Assembly: GCA_951406725.2 (NCBI GenBank)
Contig: OX597814.1
Span: 41,912,001 to 41,976,000, forward strand
DNA: 64,000 nt
Origin: Octopus vulgaris
Lineage: Eukaryota
Direction: 5' to 3'
Shown here: one piece after another, positions 14,280 to 28,001 of the stretch
Layout: each line of letters opens with the position of its first letter
How positions within the stretch are numbered: position 1 is the stretch's first letter
Position numbers and translations under genes: made by a program
The notes under the pieces: model-generated
The model's database searches: none
What the model was told of the DNA's origin: nothing
Seen by the model: only the letters and a program-made list of their open reading frames with translations

Positions 14280-14470
14280 ATTATTATCATCGACATAATT
14301 ATCATCACTGCTTTCCTCCTCCACTTCCTCCTTCTCCTCCATCTGATCATCGTTGCCGTCGTCGTCGTCATCGTCGTCCTTGTCGCTGTCGCCGTAGTCG
14401 TCGTCGTCGTTTTCGACGACCACATATTCGTAGCATCACTGACGCTGTCGTCTTCATTGTCGCGGTTGCT
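14280..14470. repeat. Degenerate (TCG/TCA/TCC)n trinucleotide tract
   Basis: gtcgtcgtcgtcatcgtcgtc and ctcctcc runs. Confidence 0.8.
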
Positions 14471-14690
14471 GCTGTTACCGACGTCAACACGATACGACCA
14501 TTATCAATATCTTCGCCGAACGCGTCCCGCAATCGAATTCAGAACCACAACCACAACCGACACAATTTATATACGACTGTGTGTGTATGTGTGTGTGCGA
14601 GCCCGCGCGCGTGTGCATATTTGTGTATGTATGAATGCATATTTGCATACATACATATAAGCACACATACATATATACATATATACATAC

Positions 14691-14740
<50 letters not shown>

Positions 14741-14777
14741 GTATATATGTATATATGTATTTATAAATATATATATG

Positions 14778-14811
<34 letters not shown>

Positions 14812-15440
14812 TGTATACACACGCATATTTCATGTATATCATATATAAGTCCTTCTCATCGTCATTACTATCAGCATCATCATCATCGTTATGAAAAAAT
14901 GCGCGTAACCATCGCTGCCATGTCAATACCGACGCCGTCGTAGTTGTCGTGAATATTGAAATTATCTAGAACATCAATAGAAATGTCCACAAAGCAGCAG
15001 CTGCTACAGACATATGTCTATATCATTATTATATCATTATTATTAATTATTTAGTATGAAATGATTTCCATCTTATTTTATTGAATATATTTATGATCAG
15101 CTATATGGATACTGGATATATATATATATTTCTTACGACTGCTCTTAATACGCATGCCCAGCTTTCTTGATTTGTTTAATAATTTTATTGTGAAATCTTT
15201 TTGTTAGTTCTCTTTCAGTTTAAAATGGAACAACCTCTCGAAAGAAACGAGACACATAGATATACGTTGAAACTCAAGCGTCAGTTAGGAAATATCTCCA
15301 TGCGTTTATGTAACAAATGCATGGTCCGGACAGTCACACACACACATTCACACACACAGACGCTCACTCACCTACCAGCTCACTCTCTTTCACATACTTA
15401 CCGTCAGAGTTACACGCACACACATATATATATATCTATA

Positions 15441-15471
<31 letters not shown>

Positions 15472-15477
15472 ATATAT

Positions 15478-15530
15478 ATTTTTTTTTCTAGTTTCAGCTC
15501 AGAGCTGCGGCCATGCTGATGCACCGGCGT
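15478..15530 (-). mobile_element. 3' tail fragment of the CORE-like SINE family (cf. 39481-39920)
   Basis: ctgcggccatgctg shared with 39489-39502. Confidence 0.6.
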
Positions 15531-15567
15531 TGATATATATATATATATATATATATCTAGATCTTTT

Positions 15568-15604
<37 letters not shown>

Positions 15605-15605
15605 C

Positions 15606-15636
<31 letters not shown>

Positions 15637-16029
15637 GTTTCTATGCGTATATGTTTCTATGCGTATATCTATGTGTGTGTATGTATGTTTGAGCGAGTGC
15701 GCGCGTGTTTGCATATGTATAATTATTTATGGGCTACTATGAGTCTTGATTCTATTTCACTCTATTCATTCTATTCGTATATTTTTATATACATATCTAT
15801 TTATATAAGTGATCGTGCATGTGTATGCGCCTGTATATGTGTTTGTTGTGTCTATATCAATGCATGTAAGAATTTCATCAATAAAAATAGATCTGACATA
15901 TATATAGAGAATTATTATTGCTATATATATTCTATTTCTTGTTTAACATAATCTTTCATAAATACCATCAAAATATGATATGTATTGTTCTTTTGTTTTT
16001 CAATGACATTCGATTGCGTGCCTAAATAT

Positions 16030-16790
16030 ATTGTTTTTCCAGGAAGCTCCCTCATTTTCTGGATAGATTAACCACACACTTATATATGTTCGTAATACAG
16101 CTGATGGCCTAGATAAGACGGCAACTGACATACTGCTGAAAGATTTGGTGGTTCGGTTTCTGTTATCCACGTTTCGCTGACAAATTAAGAAGAGCGCTCG
16201 ATTCTTAAAAGCCTTAAATATTTCGTGCCACACTAACGTGACGTTGGCTTTTGCCAGCGCGGCATGTTGATGAGATCTGATATGGATTCCATACACTCTT
16301 GATCTCTTTGGACCATTTCCTTCATCTCTTGGCTTGACGAATTGTGTTTCTGCTGTCTCTGGGCATGCAGAATATTAAACTTGTTTTCTGTTAGAAAACC
16401 GCTGATATCAAAGAACAGACTTTTAATTCGCAGGTGTATCTACGGCCTAGGTGAATTAGTATGAGGACCACTTCATCACTTGGTAGGTTTTCTGTGGATT
16501 AATTCCACATCTTCCGTTAGATACATCATCTCTATAGCCCCATATATTTTCCCCAGCAGCATGTTCTTTTGTGCTCCAGATCGGTGTAAAGAAGTTTTTG
16601 ATAGCTGTTCTGCCACTTGTTCTTTTTCTTTTCGTTTTTTTTTTTGGGTGGTGGGCATGTTATTCAGCCAATTGTTTTATAAGTTAAGCTCTTCAGATTC
16701 GTTTATTGTCAGATGGATTCTCCAATGCTTTATTCTACGTATCATTCACACTGTATAAGGCATCTAGCATCTTTTAATATTTGTGGTTTA
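16030..16790 (-). mobile_element. Highly decayed non-LTR retrotransposon C-terminal relic (R4/Dong-like, RLE clade)
   Basis: Minus-strand fragments across frameshifts: ..LSKTSLH.. (cf. LHGQF), ..RVYG..SISDLIN..AALAK..QRHVSVARNI (eroded CCHC knuckle plus RHD motif), in the same order as in the element at 62000-62750. Confidence 0.5.
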
Positions 16791-16872
16791 ACTGTAATTA
16801 CTTTCTTCTGTCGCACCTGATGAATTTGAATTTGTTAATAATGTTGTCTTCATTAATATTACTGTTGTTATA

Positions 16873-17067
16873 GGGCGCTGAGCTGGCAGAATCTTAAGCA
16901 CACCGGGTGAAATGCTTAGAGGTATTTCGTATTCTTTACGTTCTGAGTTTAAATTTCACAGGGGTCGACTTCACCTTTCATCTTTTCGAGGTAGATAAAT
17001 TAAGTACCAGTTGCGTACTGGGGTCGATCTAATCGACTGGGCCCCTCCCTAAAAATTTCAGGCCTGG
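16873..17067 (+). mobile_element. tRNA-derived SINE, family A (Meta-like central domain)
   Basis: gagctggcagaa head; gtcgacttcacctttcatcttttcgaggtagataaattaagtaccag core; ctggggtcgatctaatcgactgg tail. Homologous to 38024-38410. Confidence 0.9.
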
Positions 17068-17105
17068 TAATAGAGTATTACTGTTGTTATGAATAGTGAA
17101 GAAGT

Positions 17106-17312
17106 AGGGCAAATTAGTAAAATCGTTAGAATCCAGAACAAACTGCTTAGCAACATTTCGACCGTCTTTACGTTGTGAATTGAAATTCGGTTCAGGTCGA
17201 TTTTGCCTTTCATATTTTCGAGGTTATGTAAATAAGTACCAATCAATTACTTGAGTGAATGTATTCGAATTATCTTACCCCTCAAAATGAGCTGGTAGTG
17301 TACCAACATTAA
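17106..17312 (+). mobile_element. Older family A SINE copy
   Basis: ccgtctttacgttg..ggtcgattttgcctttcatattttcgagg..aaataagtacca. Confidence 0.75.
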
Positions 17313-17811
17313 CATTAAGAATATTTACCGTGGTGAATGTGGCTGAGGTAAAATTTTTAGGTGTAGTAAAATATAATGTTGTCTTTCGTTTTTTTGTAAG
17401 CAATATTGTTTTCATTTTTATGCTAATCATTATTGCTGTTGTAATTGCCATTTCGGCCGGCATAGACGCTTGGCAGATGTACTAGTGACAGTATTAATTA
17501 ACATGTTTTTTTTTTCATTTCTGTTGTTTTCATTTCCTTTTCTGTTGTTGATACTGATGCTTCATACATTCTCTATTAACATATAGCTATGAGACATTTA
17601 TGTTTGTACAGATAAGTGTACGCAGGAACATTTAAATAATGTCTCCGATACCATTCGCCCCAAAAAGGTGGACACGTCATAAAGAAAACTAACTTAATGG
17701 TATATCGGTTGGTTTAATAATAAAATCATGCCACATAATATGAAATTACTTTCTTCAGAAAATAATTCAAAAGCTGATTGAGAGGCCTAAAACTGTTCAT
17801 TCTCTTTCAAA

Positions 17812-17850
<39 letters not shown>

Positions 17851-18011
17851 AACTGCTGCTGTTGTTGCTACTAATGCTGTTGCTGCTATTAATACTACAT
17901 AAAACATACATACGTGTATCTATCTCAATGTATGTATATATATATACACACATATATATATATATATGTATATATGTATATGTAAATATATACATATACT
18001 TCCATACATAC

Positions 18012-18062
<51 letters not shown>

Positions 18063-19684
18063 TTACATTCGCATACGAAGAAATATCTATATATTAACTT
18101 ATATTTGGGTCTAAATGTATGCATAGAAGTAAATATGGATGTATACAAGCAAATAGACATAGCAGAACTCTGGTAAATAAAATTGCATTAGTCTATATTT
18201 TTTTCACTCCCTGCATCCTTTAAAAAAATCCTGGCTTGCAGATATTTCATATTATTCTTTTACTCTTCTTTAGACAAAACCGTGCAATTACTGCTTTGTT
18301 GGCAATTAACATTTCGTTTACTTTAAAGTAGTCAATTATGACTGAAAAATACTAGGAAGGCATTAGACTCATGCTCACGCACAGTTTCCCACCGCCCTAC
18401 TTAATCCTTCGCTCAATTCCTATCAATGTCTGTCACTTCGCTACCTTTATTCTATAATTTATATCTTTACCTTTCTATCTCGCTTTCTATCCCTTTTCTG
18501 TCTATCCCCATCGCTCTTTCTCTCTCCTTCTCTCTCGCTCTCTCTTTTTTTCTCTCTCTCTCTGTTCCCATACACTCACACGTCCCCTGTGCACCCTCAC
18601 GCCCACAAATACATATATATGCATACATGCATTGACACACATATACAGATACTGACAGAGATTCACACACACACACACTTATATAGTATCCGTGCTCATG
18701 CTTATTACTTGGCATGTGTGTACGTCTTTGTAATTCTGAATTAATCTTTCTGAAGTACTTGCTGGCAACAAGGATTAAAAGCTGCATTGAAGCACTTAGC
18801 TCTGCTTTTCTATTAGTTCTATTGTAATTTTTTTGTCTTTCGAACCTGTGGCATCATTTGTTTTATTATATTAACATATTTTCTTTATCGGTCAGTAATA
18901 ATAATTGAAAATCGTAATCATATTATATTGATTAGTGCGCGTGCGTTGAAAAACGTCTAAAACACAATGGTATTGCACTTGATGTTTTACAATTTCTTCT
19001 TCAGTGACACTAAACCTTTCTGATCTCAAGCTATTATCCGTGCGTTGTCTTTAATGATTTGCACATGTCAACATTAACTAGCGTCCGTGTCACTAAGCTC
19101 ATCTTTTTTTTTTTTTTTATTATACGACCGTTGCTTTAAATGATTCATACCAGTAATGCATTGGAAATATATTTTAAATATCACCAAATAACAAACTAAA
19201 AATGTCATTTAAGTGGTATATTTGTAGTTAATTTCTTCATCAAGCTCCCAGAATATACCTGTGGATAATTTGTTTCGTCTAAGTATATATATCATCTCAT
19301 ATGCGTGATTATCGGAAAATCATACAATGATTCAAAACCATTGAAAATGTTGCAAGACGCAACGAACATTTTAGGAAAATAAAAATAAGAAAAAAGTGGA
19401 AATTTTAACGGTGAGTGTGTTCCATTATAAGGCACAAAATGAAAATGACTCTCCCAAGACACAACAGCGTACAATGTTTGTTATTTGTAACATCCTTTTT
19501 GATGATGAACTTAATTCTAGGGAAAGAAATATTGTTTTCTTACTAATGCATAGTTCAACAAGTTTAGACAACTCAATTGAGTCTGTTCTACATATGTCTC
19601 TAATAGGTAACCTCTTTCATTGAAAGCCTCTTATATAGCATAGTGTTTCGTTGCAGGAAATTTTGCTTGCTCAAAGATGGAAGA

Positions 19685-19727
19685 AATGAAACACTAGACT
19701 CAATGAAACACTAGACTCAATGAAACA
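19685..19727. repeat. 17-bp tandem duplication (AATGAAACACTAGACTC x2.5)
   Basis: Directly visible. Confidence 0.9.
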
Positions 19728-22259
19728 TTGACAACATAATGAGATGAATCATTATGGACTGTAATAACAGACATATCCAGTTAAAGGGAACAAATATCAG
19801 GTTTCCATGATAGTCGCCACTTCATTTTTGTATTGCCTTTATCAATAGCCACTATTACTGGTATTGTTTCATTAACCTGTAATATTCCAACCGAATGTAA
19901 CGATCACCTGCACCGAATGATAAGATGTGATAGTCAACTACACGAATTATACAACTATTAAGTGATTCATAATTCAGAGACGTTATTGTATTCGTAGGGA
20001 GAATTTATAATTGTTACAGTCAGTTATTGAAACGAATTCGTATTTAATATGAACCGGATGTTTGTCTCTAAATCTAGATATTTGAAAAAACCTACGAGTA
20101 AAAAACTTTGGCTAATTTCACTTACTACATGACAGCTTGTTATATTGAAAAAAAAATGAACGAGAGAGAAAAAAAAAACAAATAATTATCCCTGTCTCTG
20201 TTACGAATAAATCATTATATTGATTTCCCGCAATAACGCTACCTTGTTTCTTATTTTTGTCATGTTAGGCAAGTGAGTTAGGTGGTAAAGTATTAATTTC
20301 CTGTAGCTGTGAATACTGGTGAAGAGTTTTAATTCATCGCCTCATAACGACCTTCAAATCATGATCGGGCAATGTCTTGGGTACTAAAATTGATTTATTG
20401 TAATGCTTGTATAACCAATGATAACAACCTGTCCAGCTAAGCACACGGCACATTCTGAATCCCTATTTCAACTTAGTAATTCAACTTATATCGTTATGAC
20501 TTTCCCTCCAAATTGTAACATGAAATTGTTTTAAAGTAAAGGATCTTTGTGACTACGTTTCTAACCAACTTTACCTTATGTACACCAGTCAATGTACTGA
20601 GTGAGCTCAATATGCAATCCCTTGGGAGTAATTGTATTACAATGAGCAATGTCCTCACGATATCATACAATTAAAAGTACCATTTCACTTAGCTAGGTAG
20701 TTGTGTACATGAGTCAGAAATCAATACTATTTCCTATAACTTCGAGTATTATTATAAATAATTATAGTTACATGCATGAAGGGTGCCAAATTGACATAGC
20801 CGTACCAGTTTCTATTTAAACACATTCAGGGGTTTTCGTTAATTCCTTTGAATTTCGATGTTGATTCCCTTGTGGATTATATTTTTAATTAATCAATTTC
20901 TAGTCGATTAGGTAGACATTCAATAAAATTTCATACATTATTTCAGGGATACCGTATATTGTATAAACTTCACCAAGTATTTGATTAAGTCACAAATACT
21001 TTTTTAGTGCGAGAGATCATTCTTCCTTCTGGAAAATATATTTTATCTCCACTAGCATTGACACGCGCACACACACACACACAAATATGCGTGACACACA
21101 CGCTCATCCGCGTGCACATTCACTTTTCATCTCAAACACACACGTACATGTTATCAAATTAACGGAAGTGAAAGCACGTTGGATATTAAAGATTGTCTTT
21201 GCGAAAAAAAGATTATTCCTGTGAAGTGAAATAAGTCGAAAAAAAAAAACACGGCATGTCAAATTTCAGATATTCTCTTTAAGTTTCACCGCTTTAAATT
21301 ACATACAATTACTTCCAGCTTGGAATATTTGTATAGGGGAATAATTGCGAGAAATAGCAGCAAAATCGCTCAAACTTTCACACATCACGTCCTCCACACG
21401 CAAAGATAATCCTGATGTTACACTGGCGCCCTAAATATAACTTACCAAGAAAAAAATGAACGAATGAGCTTGAATATATTTCATCCTAAGGAAGGTTGAT
21501 TGGTCTTGGCATTAATTCCTTTGATGATATATATATAAATCTTCACCTAGTCTGGCTTGACACACAAATAATGATAACAACATAACATGATACAACTTTC
21601 GTTAATCTAATCTAAGTTTTGAACATGAATCGTGATCATATAGCATTTTTCTATCATGTACAAATTGAAGAAATATTTGCCATACGTAACTAATATATTT
21701 CTTCAAGATTATATCGCCAGAAACTAACCTTGCTGTGCTTTGAGATCAAAGTTCAACGCCATGCAATGGTTTTATATTTCATTACAAAAATTTAAGCTAA
21801 ATATGTAGGCAGTATATATTTTACGATCGGTTTTCATGACTTAATGTATAATTCATTGAGTGCTGGGAAATAAAGTTATTAAAAACATCCTGACAGGGTG
21901 ATTTCAGTTTTTCCTTCGCAATATAATCCTGCAGGGAACAAGCTGGAACAAGTAGCAATTTCATATAACCCAAGACCTACAGGTGCCTAGTAAGTGAATG
22001 TGGTTGTCAGAAAGTGTGGTTTAGCTCCAATCGTCTTTCTATATCACTCTATCTCTTCGAACGCGTGTGCGCGCGAGACTTTGTGAATATATGTGTGTAT
22101 GTGTACGACTGTGTGTGTCTGGGCGCGCGTGTATACATATGAATTATGTGAGGAGGGCGATAAATTAACTTTACCATTTCAAGTTTGGAAGAATGGAAGC
22201 TGTAAAATAAATTTATGGGAACGCTGTATATGTATCGTAGAGATTATAAAAAGGATTGT

Positions 22260-23070
22260 GGATGGATGAGTTAAAGAAACAAGAGAGAGACCAGAAACGG
22301 CAAAGAATGGAATTTCAAGATAATAGAAAAGCCTACTAATAAGAGCTGGTGTTGCACTCAGAAATTTCTGCCCCAGAGAATTGGAAGCATCTATACACCG
22401 ACAATTCGTGCTGAAATTTACAAATTTTCCACGCGAAGAGCGGCGACAAGCAGCTTTTAAATGCCATCTAATACATGGGCATTACGATAGATGTCTTATA
22501 TATGTATATTTGAGCAGATTATAGACCGAGGCGAAGGCTGTGTTGCCGCTAGTATATCCATGTATCTATCTACCTGTCATCTATCTATCTGTCATTCAAT
22601 AAAATGCGTAGAAGATAACATAATATTTTTCAGCCATCTGAAGTCCAACGCTCCAGAGGTCGAAGGCCTAGGGAAACACAAGAAGAATGGCAGAACGGGA
22701 ACCAGGCTCAGAGAGAGTGAAATGTCGTGGAGGCACAAGAGTACGAGAAGCAAAACTTCAGTTTCAAATAACCTGGCAAGCCTACTTGAGGATATAAGAG
22801 ACACCAGAAAAATGTGATAGATGCTGTAACCTGATGACGATAGAGAAGAGCACATCAGGAAACACGAGACATCAGCACAAAAAGAACGGAGATTAGATTC
22901 TCAAGTCGATAGAGAAGCCCACTTAAGGAAATAGGAAACACCAGAACAGAAACTGCAGATATTGAAGTTTGAAGATGATAGAGAAGCCCATTGCAATATG
23001 CAGGTGTTGCACTAAAAAATGCCCGCTCCAGAGGACAGGAAACACGAGGGCAACGACGATTCGATTGAAG
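22260..23070 (+). pseudogene. Decayed reading frame with 23-aa (69-nt) ETPEQ-type repeats; STPR-like, probably a Helitron Rep/Hel N-terminal relic
   Basis: GATAGAGAAG recurs at 22839, 22908 and 22977 (exact 69-nt period). Units translate ETQEEWQ, ETPEKCDR, ETSAQKERRL, ETPEQKLQILKFEDDREAH, ETRGQRR. A further unit DQKRQRMEFQDNRKA lies near 22288. Stops and frameshifts are present. Confidence 0.65.
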
Positions 23071-23264
23071 TTTAGAAATTTTCCCAGTGAAGAATGGTGG
23101 GTAACAGTTTTTAAATAACATCTAACATATGGACATTTCAATAGATGCCTTATGAATACATTTGAGCAGAATACAGACCGGGATGAATGTCGTGTGGCCG
23201 CAGGAATATGTATTTATATATTTTTCTGATTCTATATCTCTTTCTCTGCAGGGGAAATAGATTG

Positions 23265-23348
<84 letters not shown>

Positions 23349-25089
23349 GCACAGAAAACATATGAGTCGCGAAACTTCAAAAACATTTCCTTTTTCACGA
23401 GCATTAAACTAATACACGTGATGCACCTGCTCCTTGTTCATTCACCTGACTATATCTATTATTTTCTGTATCTATGAATACATGTATTTCTTTGTGTTTG
23501 GGCATCTTTGTGTATGTCTATCACTACATATCCTCTGGTGTAGTTTCTTTTATTTCCTCCGTAACCGATTGCTACACTTTCGAAATATAAGTGATGATAT
23601 GAAAATGAACGAACATATATTTCAAGATGGGATTATAGCTTAGATTAGGAAGTTCCCATTGTCACGACTGACACTCTCTAGGAAAATTTAGGACAAATCT
23701 CAACGTTAACTCTGGTGAATTATGACTAAATATAACTCATTCCTAACCCGTAATGTGTCGATGTTTTAGCCTTCCGTAGATCTAAGCTCCCACTCTTATA
23801 AATCGTACTGTAAACGCAACGAGTAACTTTTCTACATATACAAACATTCTTCCCACCCACCTATAGTGTTTTATAACATGATTGCTAACATAGCAATAAT
23901 ATATCCATCATCACTTCTCAACAAATTTTTGATAACGCAGCCTCCAACTATCGCAATGCCCCAGCTATCTGTGGCTTTACAAATCCAGTATATTACAACC
24001 CTTCCAGTCATTAATTTCGTAATATGGCACCTGTTTCAGTAAGACAGAGAAACATAAGTATCATAAAAATCCTTATTTGCATGTGAAATATGCTAAAGTC
24101 ACGTGTATGTAAATGGTAACACGATACATGAAAATACAATGAATGTCGCCTTTTCTCATCAAGAGAAATCAGGAGATATCAAAGTACCGGGGTTAGAGGA
24201 AAAGCTTCTGCAACATAAGGAGAAAAGAGGAGAGTATAGGAGAAACTGAGAGTAAAGGGGAAACGGTCATGTAGGGCATGTGACTGGAGAACCACCATAC
24301 ATAGATGTGAAACATTGCTAATTTAGAATTTGTTATTGTATACATTTTTTCCGGTAGTTAATGAATAAATATAGAGACATTGCATTTATTCAAATCTTTT
24401 CTTCATTGTTCAATATTTATCAAGTAAAATATCTTTTGATCTATTGAACAATTGGTTTTGTCTCTGAGAATATACACAATATGGCTGAGGTGTAGGTGTA
24501 ATACTGCCATGATTACCCCTTCTGATCTAATATCGGTTGATTGGTAGTAATGCAGCAAATACTACACCATGTTTCCTTATATATGATATTCAGGATTACT
24601 TTATTAAGCACAATTTTAATTTTATTAAGGCTCTCAGAAAGAATGTAAAGATATTTTAGATTTAATTTTAGCAGACCTGCCGTGCACAGTTCCCAATCAT
24701 TTAGCATGATTTACCTATGTGGTACATAAGCGACCTGGATAAACTAACAGAAAAGCCACAATCATTTCATTCAAAATTACTTGCAACAATGTTATATTTG
24801 TCCATATGCTTGATATGTGATTCAGTGGTTCGCCCCGTTTGACTGTCATAGAAATTATAATAAGGACTGAATTTAATGTTCTGAAAATTAATATTCAAAA
24901 ATATTTAGTCAACTATTTATTGCAGATTTTGGTATAAATTGCTTCATAACTTTTGTACTGACCCGTTCAAAAGAAAAATAAACAAAAATATCATATTGCT
25001 ATTTGTTCTCGAGCTCTGGAACTCATTAGGCCAGTTGCTCGATTTCTATGGTGCATAAGTGTTATCCCTGTCGGTTACAAGAATCAAGT

Positions 25090-25235
25090 ACAGTAATTTT
25101 TGAGGGAGGGTGCAAGTCAATTAAATCAACCCCAGCAATTGACTGGTACATCATCTTGGAAGTAATGAATGGCCAAGTCGTCACGAACGTAGCGAGCCGA
25201 AAGTAATGTATTAATTGTTCTGCCATCTCACCACT
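25090..25235 (-). mobile_element. Degenerate family A SINE fragment
   Basis: gtcaattaaatcaaccccagcaattgactggtac is the reverse complement of the family A tail. Confidence 0.55.
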
Positions 25236-25953
25236 GTATCACATTTTTCTAACTAACAATGAAAATGTTGTCCTGTTATGTACCTGGGGAAAATATCAGA
25301 AAACCATTCTCAAATAAGAGAGTAATTTTTGGAATAAGTAAACGAGTAACAGGGCCTAGGGTAATGTAATTCTAGATACATACTAAGAAAGTAGCTGAAA
25401 AGTAAGAAATTTCTGGCCATTGACCACAAGTCTTTTCGGTTAGCTTTGATCTGGGCCTAAACAAAATCATATTAAAAAAACAAAAACTATTGACGATAAA
25501 AGATTTTGAAAGTCAACAACATTGTGTTATGCCAAGAGACACGCAATCAAGTAATTAACAAACCTGCTTTTGTCCAGAATAGAGCAAAACGTTAACACAT
25601 GAACCTATCATGTATTCTATCACCAAACTAAGTAGACATATTATATTTGATTTTCAATAGTTTCTTTAACGATAATTTTAGGAGTGATGATATTGTGTGT
25701 ATTGAAGTGAAGGTTTGATTTTTTAAAATGCATTGTTGGGTATATCTAAGACCTGTATATAATCGGGTTATATTCCTTGAAAAGAAAATGACGTTTCCAT
25801 TATGCTATTTCTTAATATTCTTTGGTGTCGTTCAGTTCAAAGTTACTTTATCTACGTTTAAACGTGCACGAAAGTTTATCTATCTCCATCTCACTCACTC
25901 ACTCACTCTCTCTCTCTCTCTCTACATATGATTATATGTATACATACACACAC

Positions 25954-26050
<97 letters not shown>

Positions 26051-26947
26051 AGTACGCATGCACGCACACGCACACATAGATATATATCTTGTACAATCTT
26101 TACATTGAATTTCAGAGCGCTAAATACTCAAGCATATTTACAAACCGAACTTGTGTAACCATATATATGCAAGAATTATTAGTGACAGCTTCGCGTACGA
26201 CCGATCAATCAGCCTGATTAAGCTTCATCTAATGCCCTCGAATGTATATATGCATTATTCCAATGCGGCTTACTTGGTATATTTACTTGTCCTCATTAAA
26301 CGGAATGCAATATTTCTAAATTAGTAAGTATTGTATAAAGCAAAATAAATAAAAGAAAATGTGTTCTTAATGCAGATTTCCTGAGTATCAATGAAGTTGA
26401 TCTATTTCATTTTTTTATGTTAACCTATTGGAATATGATACTTGAGTATTCCAAAATTGCACATGCAACGTGTCAACAGTGCAGGTTATATTTAGAAGAT
26501 TATGAGGGTTTTCACACCATCTGGATCTACATAGGTTTTAATGACACATGTTTAATATTAGACCAAAATATTACATACTTGTTTGTATTCGTATTCTTGA
26601 GCCAGATATTCCATGGCAATGTAACGGCGTGCTTTAATTTCTGATTGATTTCCAAACAAATTTCCATTAATAATTATACATGTTACATTCCTTCTCAATT
26701 TCTCACACACATTTTACAAACTGAAAAGAAACTACAGAACAAGAAATACCAGTATTTAATAAAAATAGAAACTTTCTGTTCAGCATTGAATGCCTTTTGT
26801 AAACACACACTTTCATACTTTTACAGATCCAATCTTCCGTAAAGTCTATATATTCACACACGCAGACATACATACACATATACATAAACATATATGTATG
26901 TGTATATACATACATACACACACACATAGCTATATATATATATATAA

Positions 26948-27020
<73 letters not shown>

Positions 27021-27282
27021 TACATTATAGCATTGCACGCAATCTATTTTGTGCCTAATGTGCGTAAGAAAAAGTGCTTTAGCATTTCCCAATAAATTAT
27101 TAATATTTTTTTTCGGAAAAACTCGACTAAATTACATTTTTAGAAATTTTGAAAAACAAACAAAAATGTATGATATGGTAGATTGAATATTTCACTCATG
27201 TATTTCATTCCTTGTATTTTTTATAATTTTCATTACATAGTCGCATTGACATTGTTTATTCGTTTCTCAGTAGCATACTGCA

Positions 27283-27460
27283 GCTTACCGGTTCCATCGT
27301 CTTGGCGGTAGACGCTGTTAGCTAGCCAAAGAAATCAATAAAGTAGTTATGTTCATTGCCAAATGGCTGGCCGTTAGTTCAACAACAAAAGCCCCTTATA
27401 GCATCGATCACAATATATGCTATGAAGAAAAAGACGTGGCACAAACGCCTGAATTGGCTG
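27283..27460 (-). promoter_or_regulatory. Candidate Pol II core promoter plus first exon
   Basis: Minus-strand order: CCAAT (27457-27453), GCCACGTC (27440-27433), TATAAGGGG (27400-27392), short uORF from 27356, acgATGG start at 27297, then ATG GAA CCG|GTAAGC donor at 27288. Confidence 0.3.
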
Positions 27461-27909
27461 TTGGCCTTTTACTGAAGTGTCAACACATTCAAACCATTTC
27501 ATGCTGTACACACCGATGCAACTCAAATACATACGCTTCAACTAAAACACTGGCTGGATTTCTAGAAATTATTTAACCATAAAGAATTTGGAATAATTCA
27601 GCAATTTACCATCCGCAAGTTTGGTAATATAATCAGAAAACTACTTCTAAACACGTTTTGTAAATGTCGCATATTGTTATTATAGTTTAGTTGTTTAGAT
27701 GTGGTTTACTTCTGACACAGATAAGACTATAAAACATGTTTTCTTTCTCTTTCTTTCTTACTTCCTTTCTTTCTTCCATTCATTCGTTTTTTAACAGCAT
27801 TTTCAATTTTAATAATAAAGTATAGGAACGTACAGGAGTACAATGTAAAATATCTGAAATACTTGATGAAAATTAACAAATTTTAAAGAGAAGACATGAA
27901 ATGTTACAC

Positions 27910-28001
<92 letters not shown>

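Noticed and set aside
14211-14423. Acidic D/E-rich 70-aa ORF on the minus strand (shell or biomineral protein-like)
   Set aside because: It coincides with a degenerate (GAC/GAT/GAG)n tract; no signal peptide or convincing splice context.
11712-15951. Many 70-158 aa ORFs rich in YI, HT and CV dipeptides (also throughout the window)
   Set aside because: They are translations of (AT)n and (CA)n microsatellites with no protein-like composition.
19685-19727. Direct repeats as a possible CRISPR-like array (also 49599-49644)
   Set aside because: Head-to-tail duplications without spacers, in a eukaryotic context with no cas genes.
22831-22870. CTGATGA...GAAAC hammerhead-like boxes
   Set aside because: No stem II or stem I pairing; it lies within the 69-nt peptide repeat relic.
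24160-24300. Possible CR1/L2 reverse-transcriptase scrap (GVRGK.L..LRVKG..VTG.P)
   Set aside because: Too short and frameshifted to support without a search.
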